NCBI GenBank assembly: GCA_035553315.1
Contig: DATNDE010000019.1
Span: forward strand, 316-64,315
Length of the DNA stretch: 64,000 nucleotides
Reading direction: 5' to 3'
From: Steroidobacteraceae bacterium
Lineage (GTDB): Bacteria > Pseudomonadota > Gammaproteobacteria > Steroidobacterales > Steroidobacteraceae
In this document: one piece after another, positions 54,457 through 64,000 of the stretch
Layout of the letters: each line of letters opens with the position of its first letter
Position numbering within the stretch: the stretch's first letter is position 1
Program-made: the position numbers and the translations under genes
Notes under the pieces: generated by a model
Seen by the model: only the letters and a program-made list of their open reading frames with translations
What the model was told of the DNA's origin: nothing
Databases searched by the model: none

Positions 54457-54999
54457 ATGTCACCCTCGGCCATGGCTGCCATCAGCTACATCATCGAGAC
54501 GCTGCTGACGCTGTGTCTGGTCGCAGTGCTGCTGCGACTGCTGCTGCAATGGTCGCGCGCGGATTTCCGCAATCCGCTCGCGCGCTCGATTGTGCAACTG
54601 ACCAACCCGGTGATCGTGCCGCTGCGACGACTGCTGCCCTCGATCGGGCGGCTGGACACGGCCACCTGTGTCGCCGCGGCCGTCGCAGCCCTGCTGGAGG
54701 CTGCGGTGCACTCCCTGCTGGCTGGCCTGGGACCACCCGCGGCGCTGCCATGGCTGCGCGGCGCACTCATCGAAATCCTGCGCACCACGCTGCAGATTTA
54801 CTTCTTCGGCATCTTCGTCTATGCGCTGCTGTCGATGGTCGGTCCGCCGGGCTACACGCCCGCCCAAGGCCTGCTGGCCGCGCTGTGCGAGCCGGTGCTG
54901 CGGCCGATTCGCCGGGTGATCCCGCCGCTGGGCGGACTGGATTTCTCACCGCTGTGGGCGGGCATCGCCCTCTGGGCGCTGCTGATCGTCATTCACTAA
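54457..54999 (+). CDS. yggT: YggT-family membrane protein
   Basis: 180 aa, polytopic, with repeated NP....P..R..P..GG.D.SP motifs. It follows proC as in many proteobacteria. Confidence 0.8.
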   Translation: MSPSAMAAISYIIETLLTLCLVAVLLRLLLQWSRADFRNPLARSIVQLTNPVIVPLRRLLPSIGRLDTATCVAAAVAALLEAAVHSLLAGLGPPAALPWLRGALIEILRTTLQIYFFGIFVYALLSMVGPPGYTPAQGLLAALCEPVLRPIRRVIPPLGGLDFSPLWAGIALWALLIVIH

Positions 55000-55217
55000 G
55001 CTGGTGCGCGGCGGGCACTTGCGCTCGCTTGAGTGCACCACACCTGCACGTGACTCTACGCGCGCGAGCCTATAAAAGCAGGCATTTTCGCGTTGAGCGA
55101 TGCTCGAAAATCATTTGCGTTGGCGCGGCGGTATGTTATGTTGCGCGCCGTTTCGTAGCGCTTTTACGCTGCGGACAAAGAAAGACAGGCGTCGCTCAAA
55201 TCGCAGGAGATTCGGCA

Positions 55218-55529
55218 ATGGCAAAGAAAGGTGGGGCTCCGACCAAGTCGGAGATTCTGGCCCAGGTATCCAAGGACACGGAACTTTCCCGCAAGCAGGT
55301 CAGCGAAGTATTCGAGTCGCTTAATGGCGTCATCAAGAAGAGTCTGCGCGGCAACGGTCTGTTCACCCTGCCCGGCCTGTTGAAGCTCAAGGTCGTGAAG
55401 CGTCCTGCGACCAAGGCTCGCGAGGGCGTCAACCCCTTCACCGGCGAGAAGATGACCTTCAAGGCCAAGCCGGCCAGCAAGAAGGTCCGCGCCCTGCCTC
55501 TGAAGAACCTCAAGTCCTTCGTCAACTGA
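55218..55529 (+). CDS. HU-family DNA-binding protein (Lys-rich variant)
   Basis: 103 aa. SEILAQVSKDTELSRKQVSEVFESL...REGVNPFTGEKMTFKAKP matches the HU/IHF fold, including the beta-arm RNP-like segment. Confidence 0.8.
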   Translation: MAKKGGAPTKSEILAQVSKDTELSRKQVSEVFESLNGVIKKSLRGNGLFTLPGLLKLKVVKRPATKAREGVNPFTGEKMTFKAKPASKKVRALPLKNLKSFVN

Positions 55530-55547
55530 GCGACGTTGCGGCCCTGT

Positions 55548-55584
55548 CCCGGGAGCGTGCCTGATTCGAGTGCGCGCTCCCGGG
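55548..55584. terminator. Strong hairpin between convergent genes (possible bidirectional terminator)
   Basis: CCCGGGAGCG-(17 nt)-CGCTCCCGGG, a perfect 10-bp stem. There is no clear U-tract. Confidence 0.4.
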
Positions 55585-55592
55585 CTAGTCGC

Positions 55593-56237
55593 CTACAGCG
55601 TCTGCGCTTTCACGAAGTCGAGCACCGTCGCCTGCAATTCACGCAGGCGTCCGTGAAAGAAATGGTCAACCCCCGGCAGCACCCGCAGTGTCGGGGCGGG
55701 CGAGGAACGCGCCGCGAACGCGGCGACCTGCCGATGATCGACGATCTCATCGGCATCCCCCTGAATGATCAGCCACGGACAGCTCGGCGGCTGCACCGCT
55801 GAGGCTTCTGGCCGTGCCACCGGTGGAGCGACGCATACCAGGCGGGTTGCCGGTACGCGCTGCGCAGCGCGCATGGCCACGAGCGCACCGAAGGAAAAGC
55901 CGGCCAGCGACACCGCCGCACCCGGCCACTGACGCGCTCCCCACTCGATGACCGCGAGCGCATCGTCCGTCTCACCGCGCCCATGGTCGTAGGCGCCGGC
56001 GCTCGTGCCTACGCCGCGATAGTTGAAACGCAGCGTCGGCAGGCCGAGCGCCTGGAAGGAGCGCGCGAGCGTGTGGACAACTTTGTTGTGCAGTGTGCCG
56101 CCGTGCAGCGGATGCGGGTGGCAGATCACCGCGTATTCGGGCGCCGCGGCCTCCTCAGGCACCTCCAGCAGCGTCTCCAAGCCGCCCGCCGGACCCGCGA
56201 TCACCAGCGGCTGCGGCCGGGGCAGCACCGTGGTCAA
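55593..56237 (-). CDS. Alpha/beta hydrolase fold protein
   Basis: [14 protein letters not shown], nucleophile elbow GFSFGA, and C-terminal D...H (GDADEIV, VDHFFH). TTG start overlaps the msrB stop; GTG 56228 is an alternative. Confidence 0.7.
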   Translation of the reverse strand: MTTVLPRPQPLVIAGPAGGLETLLEVPEEAAAPEYAVICHPHPLHGGTLHNKVVHTLARSFQALGLPTLRFNYRGVGTSAGAYDHGRGETDDALAVIEWGARQWPGAAVSLAGFSFGALVAMRAAQRVPATRLVCVAPPVARPEASAVQPPSCPWLIIQGDADEIVDHRQVAAFAARSSPAPTLRVLPGVDHFFHGRLRELQATVLDFVKAQTL

Positions 56238-56635
56238 GGCAGCTTGCCGCCCTCGAAGTCGAGCGCGGCCGAATTGATGCAGTAACGCAGGCCCGAGGGC
56301 TGCGGGCCATCCTCAAAGACATGCCCGAGGTGTGCGCCGCAGCGCGCGCAGGTCACCTCCGTGCGCGCCATGCCGTGCGAGCTATCGGTATGCGTGCGCA
56401 CGCGCTCTGCCGCGAGCGGCAGCCAGAAGCTCGGCCAACCGGATCCCGATTCGTACTTGGTGTCCGAGCTGAACAGCTCCTGCCCGCAGCACACGCAGGC
56501 ATAAGTGCCCTTGTCCTTGTTGTGAATGTACTTGCCGGTGAACGGCGGCTCGGTGGCCTTCTGCTGCGTCACCGAGTACTGCAGCGGCGCCAGGCGTGCG
56601 CGCAGTTCCGCATCGTGGGGAGGTTGCGTTGTCAT
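56234..56635 (-). CDS. msrB: Peptide-methionine (R)-S-oxide reductase
   Basis: The [11 protein letters not shown] and [16 protein letters not shown] zinc CxxC pairs, and catalytic RYCINS. Confidence 0.95.
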   Translation of the reverse strand: MTTQPPHDAELRARLAPLQYSVTQQKATEPPFTGKYIHNKDKGTYACVCCGQELFSSDTKYESGSGWPSFWLPLAAERVRTHTDSSHGMARTEVTCARCGAHLGHVFEDGPQPSGLRYCINSAALDFEGGKLP

Positions 56636-56672
56636 CGCAGGGGTTCCTTCAGGGCGGGAAGCACAGCTTAGC

Positions 56673-58595
56673 TCAACCGGCAGCCGTCGGCTGCACGTCG
56701 CCCGACGGCCCGGCCGGGCTCACCAGGCGCACCAGCAGCGCGTTCAGGCGCCGGCTGAAATCAGCCGGGTTGGCGATCTGTCCTCCCTCCACGAGGCTCG
56801 CCTCGTCGAACAACAGCAGCGCCAACTCCTCGAATCCTGCGCCCTGCTGCGCTTGGAGATGTCGCACCAGCGGATGACTCACGTTCAGCTCCAGTACCGG
56901 TGCCGTCGCCGGCACGCTCTGCCCGCTGGCTTCCAGCAAGCGGCGCATGGGCGCGGACAACTCACCTTCACCGCGCACCAGGCAGGCCGGGGACTCGCGC
57001 AGCCGCTCGCTGACGCGCACCTCCAGCACCCGATCGGCCAGGGCGTCCTTGACGCGCTTGAGCAGGGACTTGCTCTCCTTGCGCTCGCTCTCGACACGCG
57101 CCTTCTCCGCCTCGCCGGCCAGTCCCGCAAGCTCCAGATCACCGCGCGCCGCATCCTTGAAGCGCTTGCCCTCGAACTCCTCGACCTGCCCCATGACCCA
57201 TTCATCGACCCGGTCGGCCATGAGCAGCACTTCGATGTCCTTCTGGCGCAGCAGCTCCAGTTGAGGGCTGGCGCGCGCGGCCTCCAGGCTGTCGGCGATC
57301 AGGTAGTAAATGCGCTGCTGGCCCGGCTTCATCCGGCCGATATATTCCGCCAGGCTCACGCTCTCCTCACTGCCACTGGTGGCCGTACTGGCAAAGCGCA
57401 GCAGCGGCAGCAGCCGCTCGCGGTTCTGCGGATCCTCCGCGAGCCCCTCTTTGAGCACGCGGCCGAACTCGCGCCACAGCTGCTGGTACTTGTCGGGCTC
57501 TTCCTTGGCGAGGCGCGTCAGCAGCTCCAGCGCCCGGCGGGTCAGCGCGCCCCGCATGGCCTCGACCTCACTGTCCTGCTGCAGCAACTCGCGCGAGACG
57601 TTCAGCGGCAGATCGCTGGAATCCACCACGCCCTTGATGAAACGCAGATACAGCGGCAGGAATTGCTCGGCGTTGTCCATGATGAACACGCGTCGCACAT
57701 AAAGCTTCAGGCCGCGCGCGGCCTCGCGCTGCCACAGATCGAAGGGTGCGCGCGAGGGCACGTACAGCAGGCTCGTGTATTCGCGCTTGCCCTCCACACG
57801 GTTATGCGCCCAGGCGAGCGGATCGGCGCCATCGTGGGCAATGTGGCGGTAGAAGTCGCGGTATTCCTCGTCCTTGATTTCCGCGCGCGGCCGCGTCCAG
57901 AGCGCCTGTGCCTGATTGACCGCCTCGTAGTCGAGCGACGCCGTGCCCTCCTTCCTCATGTACACCGGGAAGGCGATGTGATCGGAGTAGCGTCGCACCA
58001 GCGAGCGCAGGCGGAACGCATCGAGAAACTCGCGTGCATCGGCCTTCAGATGCAGCACCGCACTGGTACCGCGCTCGCGCCGCTCGATGGTCTCGACGGT
58101 GAACTGCCCATCGGCGCTCGAGTCCCAGCGCACGCCCTCCGCGGGCGCGGCATCGGCCCGCCGGGTCTGCACCTCCACCCGCTCGGCGACGATGAACGCT
58201 GAGTAAAAGCCGACACCGAACTGGCCGATGAGCTGCGCATCCTTCTGCTGATCGCCCGTCAGGCGGCGGAAGAACTCGGCCGTCCCGGATTTGGCGATGA
58301 CGCCCAGGTGCGAGATGGCCTCCTCACGGCTCATGCCGATGCCGTTATCGCGGATCGTCAGCGTGCCGGCGGAGGCATCGGCCTCGATCCAGATGGCAAG
58401 CTCCGCCTCCCCGCCCAGCAGCGTCGGCTCTGAGAGGGCAAGGAATCGCAGCTTGTCGTTGGCGTCGGAAGCATTGGAAATCAGCTCGCGCAGGAAGATT
58501 TCCCTGTGGCTGTACAGGGAATGGATCATGAGCTGCAGGAGCTCTCGGACCTGCGCCTGGAACTCGAGCGTTTCGCGCGTCTTGGGGGTGGACAT
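56673..58595 (-). CDS. htpG: Molecular chaperone HtpG (Hsp90)
   Basis: [45 protein letters not shown], about 640 aa. Confidence 0.95.
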   Translation of the reverse strand: MSTPKTRETLEFQAQVRELLQLMIHSLYSHREIFLRELISNASDANDKLRFLALSEPTLLGGEAELAIWIEADASAGTLTIRDNGIGMSREEAISHLGVIAKSGTAEFFRRLTGDQQKDAQLIGQFGVGFYSAFIVAERVEVQTRRADAAPAEGVRWDSSADGQFTVETIERRERGTSAVLHLKADAREFLDAFRLRSLVRRYSDHIAFPVYMRKEGTASLDYEAVNQAQALWTRPRAEIKDEEYRDFYRHIAHDGADPLAWAHNRVEGKREYTSLLYVPSRAPFDLWQREAARGLKLYVRRVFIMDNAEQFLPLYLRFIKGVVDSSDLPLNVSRELLQQDSEVEAMRGALTRRALELLTRLAKEEPDKYQQLWREFGRVLKEGLAEDPQNRERLLPLLRFASTATSGSEESVSLAEYIGRMKPGQQRIYYLIADSLEAARASPQLELLRQKDIEVLLMADRVDEWVMGQVEEFEGKRFKDAARGDLELAGLAGEAEKARVESERKESKSLLKRVKDALADRVLEVRVSERLRESPACLVRGEGELSAPMRRLLEASGQSVPATAPVLELNVSHPLVRHLQAQQGAGFEELALLLFDEASLVEGGQIANPADFSRRLNALLVRLVSPAGPSGDVQPTAAG

Positions 58596-58630
58596 GGGCC
58601 CTGGCCGCCTCCTCTATCGGGATAGCGGCG

Positions 58631-58659
58631 GTATGGGGCCCGCAGGACGTAGTTTCAAG
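58631..58659 (-). promoter_or_regulatory. Sigma32 (RpoH) heat-shock promoter of htpG
   Basis: The minus strand reads CTTGAAA-(14 nt)-CCCCATAC, about 35 nt upstream of the htpG ATG, with a GGAGG SD in between. Confidence 0.75.
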
Positions 58660-58939
58660 CCGGCTAAGGCAGCCGGCGCAGCAGGAAATGCCGACAGGCG
58701 CCGAGCCAGTCGTCCATCTCGTCCCACAGCAGCAGGAATACTTCCAAGGTCAGACCACGCCGTCGATGATTTGCCCATGCTAGGGCAGCTCGCAGCCAGA
58801 CGCCGTGCGTTGCCTCACAGCGTCGTTGCCCCTGGCGGGCCGGCAAGCGCCAACGTCACCGAATGTAGCCCCGCTTGCGGGGAGACCCGCCGATGCGTAC
58901 GCTGCGCGCGGGCATTATGTTCCAGCGACAGGGAAGGAC

Positions 58940-59710
58940 ATGCAGCGCATCGTCGTGCTGAACCCCAAGGGCGGTTCGGGCAAGACGACCATCGCGATCA
59001 ATCTCGCCAGCCATTTCGCCCTGCGGGGCGAGGGCGCCGTCCTCATCGATCACGATCCGCAGGCCTCCGCGGCCCGCTGGGTCAGGCAGCGCCAGCAGAC
59101 CCAGGCGCCGATTCATCTGATCGCTGCATTCGAGCGCGAGGTGCGCATGACGCGCACTTTTCAGTTGCGCATTCCGGAGGGCACCGGCCGCGTCATCGTC
59201 GATACGCCGGCCGCCATCAGCGCGCACGAGATGCCCGAGCTTACGCGCCTCGCCGACAAGATCCTCGTGCCGGTGCTGCCGTCGGACATCGATATCCATG
59301 CCTGCTCGCGCTGTATCCAGAATCTGCTGCTGGTGGCCAAGGTGCGCCGCGAGGACAACCGCCTGGGCATCATCGCCAATCGCGTGCGTCGCAACACCCT
59401 GATCTACCAGTCGCTGGAACGCTTCCTGTCGACGCTCAATATCCCCATCGTCGCGACGCTGCGCGATTCGCAGGCTTACGTGCGCGGCGCGGCCGCGAGC
59501 CTCGGGCTGGCGGAGATGAAACCCTATCAGGTCGCCGAAGACCTCGCGCAGTGGCAACCGCTGCTCGAATGGCTGGAGCTGCCGCCGCGGCGGCTGATCG
59601 CTGCGGGCGCGAGCGGTACCCCTCACAGCACCCTGCGCGGTACGCTCGGCTCGGCGGATTCAGACGATGACGGCTTCGATGGGCTCACGCCCCAGATGTC
59701 GCTGGCCTAG
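58940..59710 (+). CDS. Orphan ParA/MinD-family ATPase
   Basis: Deviant Walker A NPKGGSGKTT, DHDPQASAARW and VIVDTPA, with an acidic C-terminal tail (SADSDDDGFDG). There is no ParB-like gene on the same strand. Confidence 0.75.
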   Translation: MQRIVVLNPKGGSGKTTIAINLASHFALRGEGAVLIDHDPQASAARWVRQRQQTQAPIHLIAAFEREVRMTRTFQLRIPEGTGRVIVDTPAAISAHEMPELTRLADKILVPVLPSDIDIHACSRCIQNLLLVAKVRREDNRLGIIANRVRRNTLIYQSLERFLSTLNIPIVATLRDSQAYVRGAAASLGLAEMKPYQVAEDLAQWQPLLEWLELPPRRLIAAGASGTPHSTLRGTLGSADSDDDGFDGLTPQMSLA

Positions 59711-59711
59711 C

Positions 59712-59924
59712 TCAGCTCTCGGAATCCTCGGTCTGCCAGTCGTGCCGCATCTTCTCAGCCCAGCTTTTGTAATTGGACCAGCTATAGAGATTGCGAGTGA
59801 TGGCGGCGTGGCGCGTACGCGTGCGCTGCATGTGCTCGAGCCAGCGCGCATAAGCTTCCGCTCCGCTCGCCTTGGGTGGCGCCTCGTCGGTGGTGGGTAT
59901 CTTCGGCTGGTCGAGTTTGCTCAT
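59712..59924 (-). CDS. Small hypothetical protein (70 aa), convergent with the ParA-like gene
   Basis: ATG 59924 is preceded by AGGGAG. Codon usage looks native. Trp/Arg-rich, with no recognisable family. Confidence 0.35.
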   Translation of the reverse strand: MSKLDQPKIPTTDEAPPKASGAEAYARWLEHMQRTRTRHAAITRNLYSWSNYKSWAEKMRHDWQTEDSES

Positions 59925-60163
59925 TATGTGCGCTCCCTGCGCACAAAGCCTAGGCGTCGGGCGCATGAGCCGACAGGAATTCCATCACACCGGTTCGTCG
60001 GCGCACGCGTCGTGGCTCCCATATTCCTGCCACTGCGCGCGTGGCGGCCCCTATGCTGCGAAAAAATCTGCGTTTGGCTGTGAAATTGCGCATGCTCGCT
60101 GAGCCCGTGCTGACATATTATTCCGTGTGGGGAGGGCGCTTTGCCCGCAAGAACCTGGGCTTC

Positions 60164-62458
60164 ATGAAGCAGTTGTTTCGCTCCATCGCACTGGTGTGCC
60201 TGGCCGCCATTCCCGTCGCTGCGACCGCAGCTCCCACGGAGGCAACACCTACAGACGCAGCACCCGATGTAGCAGCTACAGCCCCCGCAACCGCGGACAC
60301 GATCCTGCCGCGCCCGGCTGCGCTCGAGCCGGCGGTGCAATTCTGGATCCGCGTCTACACCGAAATTACGACCGACGCCGGTTTCATCCACGATCAGCAG
60401 AATCTGTCCATCGTGTACGAGACGCTGCATTTCGACGCGCACAGCAGCTCACGCGAGCGCGAGCGCCAGGTGGATGCAGAAAAGGCGCGCTTTCACGACA
60501 TGCTGGTGCGCCTCGGCCACGCGGTGCCGCCGGCCAATGACGAGGAGAAGCGGGTGCTCGCGCTCTGGGGAGCCGCCGGCACGCCCACGCGTCTGGCGGT
60601 CGCGGCCGACGACGTCCGATTCCAGCTGGGCCAGGCGGACCGATTTCGCGCCGGCCTGATTCGTGCCGGAGTCTGGCAGCAGGACATCGCCCAAGTGCTC
60701 GCGCGGGAGGGCCTGCCGCCCCAATTGGCAGCGCTGCCGCACGTGGAATCCTCCTTCGACCCGGCGGCCTATTCCAAGGTCGGCGCAGCCGGCCTGTGGC
60801 AGTTCATGCGCTCCACGGGGCGGCGCTTCCTGCACATCAACAGTGCGGTGGACGAGCGGCTCGATCCCTTCCGCGAGACAGAGGCCGCCGCGCAGCTGCT
60901 GGCCTACAACTATCAGTTGCTCGGCAGTTGGCCGCTCGCCATCACCGCGTATAACCATGGCGCTGCCGGGATGCTGCGCGCGCGCGAGGAGCTCGGCACC
61001 GACGACATCGTGCGCATCATTCGTGACTACCACAGCCCGAGCTTCGGCTTCGCATCGCGAAATTTCTACGTCTCCTTCCTTGCCGCGCTGAGCGTCTCAC
61101 AACACCCGCAGCGTTACTTCGGCAACCTGCCCCATCGCTCCGAGCAGCAATTCTCCGAGCTGCGCATGCCCTCGGCGGCAAGCGTCGCGGCCATCTCGGC
61201 CGCGGTCGGGGTCGACCGCGGCACCTTGCAGCAGCTCAATCCGGCGCTGCGTCCGGCCGTCTGGCGCGGTCGGCGCACGGTTCCCGCGGGCTACTACCTG
61301 CGGCTGCCAGCCACCAGCGACGAGATCACCGCGAGCCTGCTCGCGCAGCGCCTCGGGCATGGCCATGCGGTGCTGGTGGCGGCCACCGATACTCACGGTC
61401 CGCTCGCCGCTTCCGGTTTGGCGGCGCAGGCCCCCGGCAGCGCAGACAGCGCCGAGAGCGCAAGCGCCGACACTGCAGCGGCCGGACGCCACCAAGCGCG
61501 GCCGCTGGGGCTGGCGGGTACGCCAGCGAGCCCCGCGACGACCAACGTGATGGCCTCGGCCGCAACCAGCGTTGCCTCTCCCCTGATGGAGGGACGGATC
61601 GGTGCGCTGCCGGCGCCCGATCGCATGCCGGCGAGGCTGTCCTCGCAGGCCGGTGCAGCGGCCAGTCTCACTGCCCCGCGGATCGCGCAGTACTACTCGG
61701 TGCAGCCGGGCGATTCGGTGACTTCGATCGCCATGCAGGCCGGCGTATCGGCCATGCAGCTGATGGCGCTGAATTCCCTGCCCGACCAGGACTTCCTGTA
61801 TGAGGGTGAGCGCCTGCGCCTGACCGCATCGGTCCCCGAGCCGGGCATGGCGAGCTCGCAGGCGGCGATGGAGCTGACCCAGCAGGCCGTGCAGGACAGC
61901 CGCGAGGAGCAACAGGAAGTGGCCCTCGTCGCCCACCAGGCCGCTGGCGAACAGCCGGTTTCCGCTGCGCAGGAACAGGCACAAGGCCCACAGCTCGGAC
62001 CCGACACCGTCGCAGGCCCGCAATCGGCCGATCCGGTCGACTACTCGGTCGCCAGCGACGGCAGTATCCGCGTGGTCGCTGCCGAGACGCTCGGGCACTA
62101 CGCTGATTGGCTCGGCGTGCCGGCCACGCGCCTGCGTCAGCTCAATCATCTGCGCGGCCGCCGTCCCGTCGTAATTGGACATCGCATCCAGCTCGACTTC
62201 CGTCAGGTCACTCCGGCGCAGTTCGAACAGCGCCGGCGCGATTACCATGAGCAGCTCGAAGCGACGTACTTTGCGATGCACCGCATCGTGGGAACGACAG
62301 TTTATGTCGCCCATCGCGGCGATTCGCTCTGGACGATCAATCAGCGCAACGTGCGTGTGCCCGTCTGGCTGCTGCAGCAGTACAACCCCGAGCTCAACTT
62401 CACGGATCTGAAGCCCGGCACCCACGTCTCACTGCCTCGGGTCGAAGAGACCCCGTGA
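60164..62458 (+). CDS. MltD-like lytic transglycosylase with multiple LysM domains
   Basis: Signal peptide, an SLT catalytic motif (LPHVESSFDPAAYSKVGAAGLWQFM), and three LysM-like repeats (YYSVQPGDSVTSIA..., IRVVAAETLGHYADWLG..., VYVAHRGDSLWTIN...). Confidence 0.85.
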   Translation: MKQLFRSIALVCLAAIPVAATAAPTEATPTDAAPDVAATAPATADTILPRPAALEPAVQFWIRVYTEITTDAGFIHDQQNLSIVYETLHFDAHSSSRERERQVDAEKARFHDMLVRLGHAVPPANDEEKRVLALWGAAGTPTRLAVAADDVRFQLGQADRFRAGLIRAGVWQQDIAQVLAREGLPPQLAALPHVESSFDPAAYSKVGAAGLWQFMRSTGRRFLHINSAVDERLDPFRETEAAAQLLAYNYQLLGSWPLAITAYNHGAAGMLRAREELGTDDIVRIIRDYHSPSFGFASRNFYVSFLAALSVSQHPQRYFGNLPHRSEQQFSELRMPSAASVAAISAAVGVDRGTLQQLNPALRPAVWRGRRTVPAGYYLRLPATSDEITASLLAQRLGHGHAVLVAATDTHGPLAASGLAAQAPGSADSAESASADTAAAGRHQARPLGLAGTPASPATTNVMASAATSVASPLMEGRIGALPAPDRMPARLSSQAGAAASLTAPRIAQYYSVQPGDSVTSIAMQAGVSAMQLMALNSLPDQDFLYEGERLRLTASVPEPGMASSQAAMELTQQAVQDSREEQQEVALVAHQAAGEQPVSAAQEQAQGPQLGPDTVAGPQSADPVDYSVASDGSIRVVAAETLGHYADWLGVPATRLRQLNHLRGRRPVVIGHRIQLDFRQVTPAQFEQRRRDYHEQLEATYFAMHRIVGTTVYVAHRGDSLWTINQRNVRVPVWLLQQYNPELNFTDLKPGTHVSLPRVEETP

Positions 62459-62516
62459 AACGGGGTGAGAGACCTGTGCACGCATCGCGACCGACGGCGT
62501 TGCCTATAATGGCGCT

Positions 62517-63203
62517 ATGCAGGGCATGAGTGTAAGGACCCCGGCCGCAGGGCCGAGCCCCGGCAGGCACGGATTGCGCCGCCCCTTGGCGGTTGCGTTC
62601 CTGGCCACCCTGGGCTTCCTGGCGTTGCCGGCACTGCAGTGCCGCGCCGTAGCTGGCGACGGCACGGAGGCAGCGCGCGTCGCCCCGACGGTGGTGTCAC
62701 CCGACGTGGGCAGCAACTCCTTGACCGGCGGTGGCACTCACGCGGTCTCCGGTCTCACCATTCCCATCGTCTCGATGCCGCAGGCCGATGAGGTCATCGT
62801 TCACAAGAGCGAGCGGCGTCTGTACCTGATGAAGAACGGCAAAGTGCTGCGTAGCTATCGCATCGCGCTCGGGCTCGACCCCCAGGGCCCCAAGCAGCGC
62901 GAGGGCGACTTCCGCACCCCCGAGGGCCATTACTTCCTGACGCGTCGAAACCCGCGCAGCGACTACTTTTTGTCGATCCAGGTCTCCTATCCAAACGAGG
63001 CGGACCTGCAGCGCGCGCATCGCGAGCACGTCGACCCGGGCGGCTCGATCATGGTCCATGGGCTGCCCAATGCGCTGAGCCATAGCCCCTCGTACTACGC
63101 CAAATCGGACTGGACAGACGGCTGCATCGCCCTGTCCGATTCCGATATGGTAGAGGTGTGGCTGATGACGCGCGACAACACCCCCATCGAAATCGTGCCT
63201 TGA
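62517..63203 (+). CDS. YkuD-family L,D-transpeptidase domain protein (YafK-like)
   Basis: VIVHKSERRLYLMKNGKVLRSYRIALG...TPEGHYF...IMVHG...DGCIALS (catalytic His/Cys). Confidence 0.8.
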   Translation: MQGMSVRTPAAGPSPGRHGLRRPLAVAFLATLGFLALPALQCRAVAGDGTEAARVAPTVVSPDVGSNSLTGGGTHAVSGLTIPIVSMPQADEVIVHKSERRLYLMKNGKVLRSYRIALGLDPQGPKQREGDFRTPEGHYFLTRRNPRSDYFLSIQVSYPNEADLQRAHREHVDPGGSIMVHGLPNALSHSPSYYAKSDWTDGCIALSDSDMVEVWLMTRDNTPIEIVP

Positions 63204-63301
63204 AGGGCGAGGCTGCCAGTCCCACCGACGCGCCCTCCCTCGACCACAGCCGCGCGGCAGGCACGCGCGTCGTCGTTCCCGACACGCTGGCCACCGACGC
63301 C

Positions 63302-64000
63302 GTGGATGCACGGGTGGCCCCACGCGGCAGCCTCGAGAACCTCTCGCAGGCGGAGATCGACAAGCTGCTGGACACGAGCCATACCGGGCTCTATTCGCTG
63401 TTCCGCAACTGCGCGCTGGCAGTCCTGAACTCCGGCAGCGACAGCGACAACGCCAAGGAAATCTTCGAGCGCTACGCCAGCTTCGACGTGCAGATCTTGC
63501 GTCACGCCTGGGGCATCAAGCTCGAGATCAGCAACGCACCGGCCGCGGCCTTTGTCGATGGACAGATGATCCGCGGCATCAAGGAGCACCTGTTCGCCGT
63601 CCTGCGCGACATCATCTATACCGCCAATGAGATCATCGGTGCCGGCCAGCTCGATGAGCGCGATGGCGCCTCGATCACCAACGCCGTGTTCAACGTGCTG
63701 CGCAATGCGCGGCTGCTGGACTTCAAGGGCCGCCCGAACCTGGTGGTCTGCTGGGGCGGGCACTCGATCGATGACGGGGAATATCACTACGCCAAGCGCG
63801 TCGGGTACGAGCTCGGCCTGCGCGGCCTGGACGTCTGCACCGGCTGCGGCCCCGGCGCCATGAAGGCCCCCATGAAGGGCGCCGGAGTCGGTCACGCCAA
63901 ACAGCGCATCGCGCACGCGCGCTTCATCGGCATCACCGAGCCCGGCATCATTGCCGCAGAGCCGCCCAACGCCATCGTCGATCAGCTGGTCATCATGCCG
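63302..64000 (+). CDS. ppnN: Nucleotide 5'-monophosphate nucleosidase PpnN (LOG family), 5' part only
   Basis: Collinear with E. coli PpnN/YgdH: LYSLFRNCALAVLNSGS, LFAVLRDI, VVCWGGHSI, CTGCGPGAMKAPMKGA, ITEPGIIAAEPPN. Start is GTG 63302 or TTG 63200. It runs off the window end. Confidence 0.85.
   Translation, partial: MDARVAPRGSLENLSQAEIDKLLDTSHTGLYSLFRNCALAVLNSGSDSDNAKEIFERYASFDVQILRHAWGIKLEISNAPAAAFVDGQMIRGIKEHLFAVLRDIIYTANEIIGAGQLDERDGASITNAVFNVLRNARLLDFKGRPNLVVCWGGHSIDDGEYHYAKRVGYELGLRGLDVCTGCGPGAMKAPMKGAGVGHAKQRIAHARFIGITEPGIIAAEPPNAIVDQLVIMP

Noticed and set aside
58664-58846. A 60-aa minus-strand ORF between htpG and the ParA-like gene.
   Set aside because: No SD, odd composition, and it lies upstream of the htpG promoter region. 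It is most likely non-coding.
1-64000. Mobile elements, prophage, CRISPR arrays, toxin-antitoxin pairs or recognisable defence systems.
   Set aside because: I found no integrase, transposase, recombinase, Cas or RT-like translation in any listed ORF. There are no regularly spaced repeat arrays. The only repeats are the short ones reported.

Overview
GC-rich chromosomal window that looks gammaproteobacterial, with gene order resembling Pseudomonas and Xanthomonadales. It is densely coding, and I can support about 60 genes. I saw no rRNA, tRNA, CRISPR array, transposase or integrase.

Left third (1-23.3 kb), housekeeping: PRC-barrel protein, gamma-resorcylate-type decarboxylase, tyrS, anmK, convergent ppk/ppx, erpA, a bactofilin with a membrane coiled-coil partner, rppH, tyrA, pdxH and an IMPase-family gene. 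Next comes a cobalamin riboswitch leading btuB and a PduO-type adenosyltransferase, followed by a MetE-like methyltransferase, ampD, bioA, rsmE, tal and a secreted NPP/alkaline-phosphatase-family enzyme.

Middle (23.4-32.4 kb, minus strand): a Pil-Chp twitching chemosensory cluster, pilG-pilH-pilI-pilJ-chpA-chpC. It has no CheR or CheB genes, and its PilJ has no periplasmic domain. It diverges from gshB, a tonB-like gene, algH, ruvX, pyrB and a pyrK-like gene.

38.8-48.8 kb (minus strand), the most unusual part: a tightly coupled nine-gene operon. It joins a secreted GlcG-like protein, an XoxF-like PQQ dehydrogenase carrying the lanthanide-type D-Y-D motif, a MoxJ-like protein and a c-type cytochrome to a complete, atypical caa3-architecture cytochrome c oxidase. 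The oxidase part is subunit II-cyt c, subunit I, subunit III, an unknown membrane protein and a CtaG-cytochrome c fusion. Subunit I lacks both the D-channel Glu and the K-channel Lys.

Right part: a decayed DUF4142 gene, three tandem PilT/PilU ATPases, yggS-proC-yggT, an HU-like gene, an alpha/beta hydrolase, msrB, htpG with a textbook sigma32 promoter, an orphan ParA-like ATPase, an MltD-like LysM transglycosylase, a YkuD-type L,D-transpeptidase and the 5' part of ppnN.

All functional calls come from reading the translated ORFs against remembered family motifs; no database search was run.
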